A stretch of 64,000 nucleotides of DNA. Source: Candidatus Latescibacterota bacterium. Lineage in GTDB: Bacteria; Latescibacterota; UBA2968; GCA-2709665. A program made the translations under genes and the position numbers. The notes beneath the pieces are model-generated. The model did not search any database, was not told where the DNA came from, and worked only from the letters and a program-made list of their open reading frames with translations. How positions within the stretch are numbered: position 1 is the stretch's first letter; each line of letters starts with the position of its first letter. The stretch is taken from contig CAXXXF010000003.1 in the NCBI GenBank assembly GCA_963667175.2, positions 320,001-384,000 on the forward strand. The letters run 5' to 3'. Positions 57,099 through 64,000 of the stretch are shown here, piece after piece.

Positions 57099-58578
57099 AC
57101 TGCGACCTGAGCGGCCTGCGCTGGCTCCGGAGAGCCGGATCGACGGGGTCAGGCGCCGCCGCTCCGTTTTTCCCCTCGTAGACCTTTGCCGCGCTCAGCG
57201 CTTCCTGCAAGGCGGCCAGCGGCTGATCCGCGCCGGGGTACCGGTCGGCGTGCGTGGGGCCGTTTTCCAGCTTGAGCACGCCGCGCGGGCAGACGGCCGA
57301 GCAGATGCCGCATCCCACGCAGGACGCACGTACGATGTTCTCGCCGCGCTGGGCGTACGCCCGGACGTCGATGCCCATCTCGCAGTAGGTGGAGCAGTTG
57401 CCGCAGGACATGCACTGGCCGCCGTTGGTTGTGATGCGGAAACGGGAGAAGAAACGCTGAAAGATTCCCAGTATAGCGGCCATGGGGCAGCCGAAGCGGC
57501 ACCAGACCCTGCTTCCCATCAGCGGATAGAAGCCCACGCCGATAACGCCGGAAAACAGGGCCCCAACGTAGAAGCCGTACGCGCTGGCCAGCGGGCCCGA
57601 AAGGCGGCCGAAGACGCGGCCCTCGGTGGCGGAGTTGACCCAGAGCGCGATGGTGGTGACGGTGATGAAGATAAGGACGGAATAGATGATGCCCCGTTCG
57701 ATCCGCCACGAGCGGGTCGTCTTGCTGGACAGCTGGCGGAAGGGATCGCCCAGGGTCTCGGCGAGGCCGCCGCAGCCGCAGACCCAGGAGCAGTACCAGC
57801 GTTTTCCGTACAAGTACGTGAGTACGGGCGTGGCGATGAAGGTGGCCACGGCGCCCCAGAAGACCATAAAGACGCCGAGCGCGCCTGGATGGCTGGTCAG
57901 GCTGTCTACCGTGGAGGGAAAGAGGTAGTCGTATTTGAGCGGCCAGAAGTAGGTGAAATAGAATTCCGGCTGGTTGAAGCTCTTGAGTAGCTGCGGAATG
58001 AGAAAGGCGAAGCCGAGCTGGAAGAACATGACGGATGCGGTGCGGATGATCTGGTAGCGGTTATGGCGGTACTTCATGAACATGCGTACGCCGAACACGA
58101 GGATGGCGAGCGTGTACAGGAAACCATAGAAGAACCAGCGGTCCGCCGGACCTCCGGCCAGGGCGTGGGACAGAGGGTCCACCAGTCTGACGCCGCGTTC
58201 CAGGTACTCGGGCCACCAATAGAGCACGACGTAGAATCCGGTGATGGCAATCCCGAGGCCCCATCCGATAAGACCCAGATGGGTTGCACTGCCGAACATG
58301 ATGCCGTCGTGCTTGATTCCCGGGACGGTGTTCCTGTATGCGAACCAGAAATACGCGGCCGATCCCAGCACGATGAGGCCGAAGCTGAGCAGGATGCCGG
58401 CCCAGGTGCCGGAGAGCGGACCGAGCAGCGTGACGATGAGGGCCAGGAATCCGAGCGCGACGGCCGCAATGGAAAGCCGTTCCGGCCACGACGCCGGAGG
58501 CGTCGGTTGCGCGGGCGGTTCCTCGAATCCCAGCGTTTCCTCGTCGAAGTCGTAGTCCAGGGTGGCGGTATCGATCAT
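57082..58578 (-). CDS. Membrane 4Fe-4S binding protein (NapH/MauN-like polyferredoxin)
   Basis: [45 protein letters not shown]; multiple TM helices. Confidence 0.9.
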   Translation of the reverse strand: MIDTATLDYDFDEETLGFEEPPAQPTPPASWPERLSIAAVALGFLALIVTLLGPLSGTWAGILLSFGLIVLGSAAYFWFAYRNTVPGIKHDGIMFGSATHLGLIGWGLGIAITGFYVVLYWWPEYLERGVRLVDPLSHALAGGPADRWFFYGFLYTLAILVFGVRMFMKYRHNRYQIIRTASVMFFQLGFAFLIPQLLKSFNQPEFYFTYFWPLKYDYLFPSTVDSLTSHPGALGVFMVFWGAVATFIATPVLTYLYGKRWYCSWVCGCGGLAETLGDPFRQLSSKTTRSWRIERGIIYSVLIFITVTTIALWVNSATEGRVFGRLSGPLASAYGFYVGALFSGVIGVGFYPLMGSRVWCRFGCPMAAILGIFQRFFSRFRITTNGGQCMSCGNCSTYCEMGIDVRAYAQRGENIVRASCVGCGICSAVCPRGVLKLENGPTHADRYPGADQPLAALQEALSAAKVYEGKNGAAAPDPVDPALRSQRRPLRSQFTRRL

Positions 58579-59843
58579 GACATTTGCTCCCTGAGGGCGG
58601 GTACGATGTCGGATTCGTGCCGGTCGAAGAACTCGGGGTCAAAGTTGGCCTTCGCCAGGTTGTCCAGCACGAAGTCGACCGGGCGCTGTTCCGAAATCCA
58701 GCGTTCGCAGACGTCGTGGCGGTAGCGGATGCCCATGAGGTTGACACCGATCACGCCCTCTTCGGCGTATACGATACGTAGCGACTGCAACTGTTCCGGG
58801 TGTCGCCAGAAAAGATTCCTCTCGCCAGGCACGTTGAGGTTGACGCGGCCGTAGACCTGGTATTCGAGGTCCAGAAACTTGGCCGAATTGTACCAGATGC
58901 CCGGATCGTAGGTACGGTCTTCGCCCGCGAGGACGTCGCCCGCGACCTCTCCCTGTTTTTTGCCGGTGTACCAGACCTGCTGGAGCAGGTTCCGTTCGCC
59001 TCCGGTGACGATTTCGGCGCAGTCGCCGGCGGCGTATATGTCCTGAACACTGGTCTGGAAACCGCGATCGACAAGAACGCCCCTGCCGGTTTCGATCTCG
59101 GAGTCCCTGACCAGGTCGATGTTCGGAGAAACGCCGGCGGTCAGACCCACAAACTGGCATTCCAACCGCTCGCCGTCTTCGGTAACGACGCCGCAGACCC
59201 TGCCGCTTCCGTCGTCCAGAATCTCCTTGAGGCTGGTCTTGAGTTTCAGGCCGATGCCCTGTTCCCGGATGATCTCGTTGATCATCCCGGACTCTTCCAT
59301 CGGGAGGATGTTGCTCCAGTAAGACGGTTCGCGCACGAGAAAGGTCACGTGAATATTGCGGGAATGCAGCATTTCGGCGAGTTCGATGCCGATGAGGCCG
59401 CCGCCTACAATCACGGCATGGCGGGTTCCGTTCGCATTATGGTAGAGGCTTCGGAGGTCCTGCAGGGAATAGAGGCCCTGGACGCCTCTGAGGTCCTGTC
59501 CCGGCCAGCCGAATTTGTTGGATTTCGAGCCGGTGGCGATGAGCAGCTTGTCGAAGTGGAAATCACCGCCACGGTGGAGGGTAAGGCATTTCCGGGCCGC
59601 GTCGATCCCGGTGACCCAGTCGCGGCGCAGGTCCAGCCGGTTGATGGACCAGAAGTCGTCTTCGAAGGGTTTTGTGCCCTGGTAGGTCATGTGGCCCATG
59701 AATACGTACATCAGGGCCGGCCGCGAATAGTGGTATTTGGATTCGCCGGAGATGAGCGTGATGCGCCAGTCGGGCTGTTTGCGCCGCAGCCGGATTGCCG
59801 CGGTCACGCCGGTGACGCCGTTGCCGATGATGGCGACGTGCAC
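58575..59843 (-). CDS. NAD(P)/FAD-dependent oxidoreductase (pyridine nucleotide-disulfide family)
   Basis: IIGNGVTG, LIATGS, VGGGLIGIE, IYAAGDC; GTG start with AAGGAGG RBS. Confidence 0.92.
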   Translation of the reverse strand: MHVAIIGNGVTGVTAAIRLRRKQPDWRITLISGESKYHYSRPALMYVFMGHMTYQGTKPFEDDFWSINRLDLRRDWVTGIDAARKCLTLHRGGDFHFDKLLIATGSKSNKFGWPGQDLRGVQGLYSLQDLRSLYHNANGTRHAVIVGGGLIGIELAEMLHSRNIHVTFLVREPSYWSNILPMEESGMINEIIREQGIGLKLKTSLKEILDDGSGRVCGVVTEDGERLECQFVGLTAGVSPNIDLVRDSEIETGRGVLVDRGFQTSVQDIYAAGDCAEIVTGGERNLLQQVWYTGKKQGEVAGDVLAGEDRTYDPGIWYNSAKFLDLEYQVYGRVNLNVPGERNLFWRHPEQLQSLRIVYAEEGVIGVNLMGIRYRHDVCERWISEQRPVDFVLDNLAKANFDPEFFDRHESDIVPALREQMS

Positions 59844-60037
59844 GGATGCGCCTCCTTGATTTCCCCCTGACGGAGGAGGTCGGCATTCTGCTGACTCCGT
59901 CTGTCTATCGGGATCCCAACGTTCCGTCCGACCATTGAGCGCCGGGAACGAACGGAAATTAACCAATGGGACCGGAAAGTCAAGGATGTATACTCCTTCT
60001 GATTTCCGGTGAAATCTCATGTTCTTTCCCACAATCC

Positions 60038-60515
60038 CTCACGTCTCCCGTCTTACGTCTAACGTCTTCCCGCCGACCTACCCCCTTTCCCCCTCCCACG
60101 GGAAGGGGGGAACGGTGATCCGCTCAGGGTGTCCTGGTTCTGCTTCAAGCTGACAGCCGAAAACTGACGGCTGATCGCTAAAGGCTGTCCTCATCATACA
60201 GGTGTCAATCGGTCTACAATGGAAATTCCCGACCGGAGGACTACCAGAGCAGAGCGCGTTGATCCGTCCAGCTACGCGGATCGATGTTCCTCCGAGGGTG
60301 TCAGGGCAGAGGGTTACGTGCATCCTGTAAGTGTGTTCGCGCTATGCCTGTGGCAGGCCCCGCCTGCCTGCCGGCAGGCAGGCGCCCAGCGGCGACTTTT
60401 GGTTCCTTTTGGTCGCTTCAAAAGGAACCCGCCGGAGGCAGGGAATTTGGGGAAAAGGGGATATTGAATTTGAAGTTGATTCTTGTCTTCGCTTCAAACT
60501 GACCGCTGATCGCTG
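60038..60515. repeat. Large mixed intergenic repeat cluster
   Basis: cgtctca/cgtctcc/cgtctta/cgtctaa heptamers; 60075-60139 matches 7883-7948; GCTGA heptamers; palindrome 60363-60382; cttttggttccttttg..caaaaggaac hairpin. Confidence 0.8.
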
Positions 60516-61723
60516 TTCTTTCCCTTTACGTCGGAAAGATCGTACACCCGGAAGGCGCCCCAGTGCACGATCGACGTGGGCGCCTCCTGCGCCTCGATTC
60601 CGCGGCGCTTCTGCATCAGGCTTTGCCTCGCCCTCACGTCTCCCGGATGGAGCGTGATGGTATCGATGCCTTCATCCGGAAGGTTGGCAAAGGAGAATAC
60701 GTCTGATCCGCCGTGTGTCATCGGTTCGTCGTCGATCCGGAGCCGAACCGTACCGCGCCGGATGTCCCACTCGATCCTGAATCGGTAAACTCTCCCGTCC
60801 GCAACGTCCACGACCTGATCGAATTCGGTGATGCCCTCGGCGGTGCAGATGATTATCTTGCCTCTGAGCAACCCGAACTGGACGTTACCGTACTTGATGA
60901 TGCCCTGGTATTCTTCCAGGATGAGGCAGGATTCCAGATTGGTGTCGGCCGGCTTCATCTCGAATGCGACAGCGCCCGCTTTCAGCGGTGGGATGCGGAC
61001 TTTGACATAGCCGTACTTTGTGGCCGTCTCGAACCACCGGTAATCCACAGGACGCATCACGGTCTCGCAGACGTTGTCGTCCGGCATGCCGTCCGGCGGT
61101 GGAGCAACCGGCGCCCAGTGCAGCGGGAAGGTCTCCCGGAATGCCACGTCGCCGCCCTTACATTCGGCGTACTCCTTCAGCCGGATGAGACTGCCGGCTT
61201 CTACCGTCTCCGTGACCAGTTCGATCCTGCGAATTTCCTCAATGTCCGTCCCGATGCATCCGGAAACCTCGATCGGACTGTTTTTGTCCAGTGTAAACCA
61301 GAACTGCTTCAGCACAAAATCGAATCCGGAAAAGGTCAGGCAATGTTCGTCGGACGGAACAACGTAGGGTGCGCGGATGGCCCGATCGGCGTAAGGCTTT
61401 CCGTAGTGAAACGTCAGGGATTGGCGGGTGTCGTAAGTTCCCTTTTCCCCGGTCAGGCTGACCCGGCCGTCCGCGTCGATCCGGCATTCCACCGCAAATC
61501 GGTCATCGGCGCCGTAGAAGAGAATGCGATAGCATTTCCCGAGGGCGACCCGGAGTTTCAGCGTCACGGCATCCTCCGCGCGCCGGATGGGATTCTCGAT
61601 CCGCCGGGAGCAGCGCGCCCGGCCTCGCGAACCGTCGATCCTGAGGTAGCCGTCCTCTCCGAAACCGTAGGCGCCTCCCTCGCCACTGTCGTGCCAGCAG
61701 AAGTCCTGTGAGGCAATCAGCAT
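60494..61723 (-). CDS. Hypothetical protein (possibly two beta-sandwich/lectin-like domains)
   Basis: 409-aa ORF; YRFRIEWD..VRLRIDD resembles concanavalin-like strands. Confidence 0.65.
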   Translation of the reverse strand: MLIASQDFCWHDSGEGGAYGFGEDGYLRIDGSRGRARCSRRIENPIRRAEDAVTLKLRVALGKCYRILFYGADDRFAVECRIDADGRVSLTGEKGTYDTRQSLTFHYGKPYADRAIRAPYVVPSDEHCLTFSGFDFVLKQFWFTLDKNSPIEVSGCIGTDIEEIRRIELVTETVEAGSLIRLKEYAECKGGDVAFRETFPLHWAPVAPPPDGMPDDNVCETVMRPVDYRWFETATKYGYVKVRIPPLKAGAVAFEMKPADTNLESCLILEEYQGIIKYGNVQFGLLRGKIIICTAEGITEFDQVVDVADGRVYRFRIEWDIRRGTVRLRIDDEPMTHGGSDVFSFANLPDEGIDTITLHPGDVRARQSLMQKRRGIEAQEAPTSIVHWGAFRVYDLSDVKGKNSDQRSV

Positions 61724-61843
61724 GGATGCGTGCCCGGGAACGGTGGAAATTCGAGGTCGATCCTACCAGGCGAAAATAGGGCGCATGCGAAGGACGATCA
61801 AGAAGGAATATTCCGGCGCCGAGACAGAGTGAGGAGGGACGAC

Positions 61844-64000
61844 GTGAACACGGGCAGTCTGTTTTACCCCGCGGAGTTGATTGAAAAGGCAAAACGCAAT
61901 GCCGAGAACCACGCCTGGGCGAAGCGGTCGCGGGACCGGATCGTAGAGGCGGCGCAACCGTGGATGACGTTCTCTGACGATGAGCTGTGGGACCTGATGT
62001 TCGGAAGTACCATCCGCAGGTCCTGGATGGTCTGGTCCAACGGGCACTGTCCGGCCTGCAAGGAGGGCGTACCGATGTACAACTGGCGGATCGAGGCGTT
62101 GCGCGTTCCGTGGAAACTTCGATGCCCGCACTGCGGACAGCTGTTTCCAAAAAACGACTTCCACGCGTTCTACCGGTCGGGCCTGGATGAGCGCGGGGTG
62201 TTTCAGCACGGTCTCGCGGATCGTTCGCTGCTGTTCAATACCGAACATCCGGACCCGGACGACCCGCTGCACAGGTTCGGCGTGGACGACGGCGAGGGGT
62301 ACAGGGACGGAGAGAACACCTGGTGGTTTGTCGGGACCTACCTGGTCTACGGCCAATGGAAGCAGGTCGTACACGGTGGGATCAAGGGGCTCGCGGCGGC
62401 GTACGCGGCAACCGGCGATCCTGCGTACGCCCACAAGGCGGGGGTGCTGCTGGACCGCGTGGCCGATCTGTATCCCACGTTCGATTTCAAGGACCAGGCC
62501 ATGATGTACGAAGGACCGGCCCACGCGGGGTACGTTTCCACCTGGCACGACGCGTGCGAGGAAGCCCGGGAACTGGCGCAGGCCTACGACCAGGTTCGGG
62601 AAGCCCTGCGGGTCGACGAGGCGCTGGCTGGATTCTTGAGCGGGAAGGCTACCAAAACCGGTATCGACGCGAGCAAAGCGTCGCCCGGAGACGTGATCCG
62701 CCATATCGAGGAGGAAATCCTGCGGGACACGATCATGAACCACGAGCGCATCCGGTCCAACTATCCCCGCAAGGAAATCGCCCTGATTACGATACATTCG
62801 GTCCTGGACTGGGAGGGTAACCGCGAGAAGGTCTACGGGTTGATCGACGAGATGATGGAACGGGCGACCGCGGTAGACGGCGTGACGGGCGAAAAGGGCC
62901 TGGCCGGTTATTGTTCCGGCGTCATTCAGAGCCTGGCGCAGTTTCTCGCCAGGTTCAGCAGGGTCGATCCCGGATTCCTGGGCGACATGCTGGCCCGGCA
63001 CCCGAAGCTGAGGCAGACGTACCGGTTCCATATCGATACGTGGTGTCTGCAGCAATACTACCCGCAGGTGGGCGATACGGGCGCCTTTGCCGCGCAGGTC
63101 GAAAAATACGTGGGCGTCTCCTTTTCGGACGACCCCGGACTGGAACCGTCGATGTTCGCGTTCCTGTGGCGTCTGTACCGGGAAACGGGCGACGCTGCCT
63201 ATGTGCAGGCCTTGTTCCAGTCCAACGGGAATACCGTGGACGAGTTGCCGCGGGACCTGTTTGCGGACGATCCGACAGCCTTTCAGAATGACGTACGGGC
63301 GGTGATCGACGCTCGCGGAACGGAGATTGAACAGGCCAGTGTCAACAAGACAGAGTGGCGGCTGGCTGTGCTGCGGTCCGGCCTGGGCGACAACCGTCGC
63401 GCGGCGTGGCTGGACTACGATTCGGGAGGGCCGCACGGGCATGCGGATGGAATGAATCTGGGCCTGTTTGCGATGGGCCTGGACCTGATGCCGGATTTCG
63501 GATACCCTCCGGTACACTTCGGGGGCTGGTCCGGGCCGAAATTCCACTGGTACGTGAGCACTGCAGGTCACAATACGGTGGTTGTGGACGGCAAGGACCA
63601 GGAGCGACCTTCGGATGGAGACGCCGCGCTTTGGGCCGATGGCGAATGCTTCAGGGCAATCCGGGCCGACGGTTCCGCGCTGTACCGGATTCCCCGGTAC
63701 GAACGCACGGTGGCGATGGTGGATGTTTCGGAGCACAGCAGCTATCTTCTGGACGTGTTCAGGGTGGTGGGCGGGAGAGACCACGCGAAGTTCATGCACA
63801 GTCACTTCAGCGCTATTTCGACGCGCGGGCTCTCACTGGCGCCCACCGCGGATTTCGGATACGAAACGCAGATGCGGAATTTCCGGCGTGACGGACAGCC
63901 CGACGCCGGGTGGCACGCGGACTGGAAGGTCGAGGACCGGTACGGATATCTCGAGGAGGACCGCGACGTCCACCTGCGTTACACCGACCTGACGGAAGAA
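61844..64000 (+). CDS. Heparinase II/III-like protein (runs off the window end; absent from the ORF track)
   Basis: GTG after GAGGAGG, open to the window end; CPAC..CPHC, GVDDGEGY, HGHADGMNLGLFAMGLDLMPDFGYP, HNTVVVDG, YLLDVFRVVGG. Confidence 0.88.
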   Translation, partial: MNTGSLFYPAELIEKAKRNAENHAWAKRSRDRIVEAAQPWMTFSDDELWDLMFGSTIRRSWMVWSNGHCPACKEGVPMYNWRIEALRVPWKLRCPHCGQLFPKNDFHAFYRSGLDERGVFQHGLADRSLLFNTEHPDPDDPLHRFGVDDGEGYRDGENTWWFVGTYLVYGQWKQVVHGGIKGLAAAYAATGDPAYAHKAGVLLDRVADLYPTFDFKDQAMMYEGPAHAGYVSTWHDACEEARELAQAYDQVREALRVDEALAGFLSGKATKTGIDASKASPGDVIRHIEEEILRDTIMNHERIRSNYPRKEIALITIHSVLDWEGNREKVYGLIDEMMERATAVDGVTGEKGLAGYCSGVIQSLAQFLARFSRVDPGFLGDMLARHPKLRQTYRFHIDTWCLQQYYPQVGDTGAFAAQVEKYVGVSFSDDPGLEPSMFAFLWRLYRETGDAAYVQALFQSNGNTVDELPRDLFADDPTAFQNDVRAVIDARGTEIEQASVNKTEWRLAVLRSGLGDNRRAAWLDYDSGGPHGHADGMNLGLFAMGLDLMPDFGYPPVHFGGWSGPKFHWYVSTAGHNTVVVDGKDQERPSDGDAALWADGECFRAIRADGSALYRIPRYERTVAMVDVSEHSSYLLDVFRVVGGRDHAKFMHSHFSAISTRGLSLAPTADFGYETQMRNFRRDGQPDAGWHADWKVEDRYGYLEEDRDVHLRYTDLTEE

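Noticed and set aside
61763-63805. 680-aa minus-strand ORF
   Set aside because: Antisense shadow of the plus-strand heparinase-like gene, which has the motifs and an RBS

Overview
GC-rich bacterial chromosomal segment with no rRNA, tRNA or CRISPR array that I could detect. The backbone is catabolic and carbohydrate genes: 3 PhyH dioxygenases, 2 Gfo/Idh/MocA, 2 Ldh_2, 2 D-2-hydroxyacid dehydrogenases, HpcH aldolase, enolase-superfamily enzyme, aldo/keto reductase, sialidase-like, DUF1080, heparinase II/III-like, a DUF6785 membrane protein and monomeric icd. This repertoire resembles Latescibacterota/Poribacteria-like heterotrophs (inference only). Five lower-GC accessory islets interrupt it: (1) BrnTA at 9.7-10.3 kb; (2) T5orf172 plus a decayed IS1595 with Fic/antitoxin-like cargo and an inserted MITE at 12.2-13.9 kb; (3) an IS256 relic, an orphan ParA with an unknown partner, and a SLATT-like 2TM protein with a Pro-rich micro-ORF at 23.0-26.1 kb; (4) a membrane-anchored ECF sigma, TPR-TlpA, DUF2188, a ClpP-like protease, IS3 and a beta-propeller at 33.1-40.5 kb, arranged like two stacked alleles of one variable slot; (5) a RelE-like TA pair, IS256, DUF3192 and a HEPN-like protein at 50.5-54.7 kb. 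The strongest candidates for undescribed systems are the DUF2188 + ClpP-like operon, the ParA/partner/SLATT islet, a lipoprotein fusing a LivJ-like solute-binding domain to a Cu/Zn-SOD with all metal ligands present, and a set of nested dispersed intergenic repeats (heptamer/octamer composites, a 20-bp palindrome that appears inserted, and a MITE with 4-bp target duplications). All family assignments come from motif recognition by eye; no database search was run.
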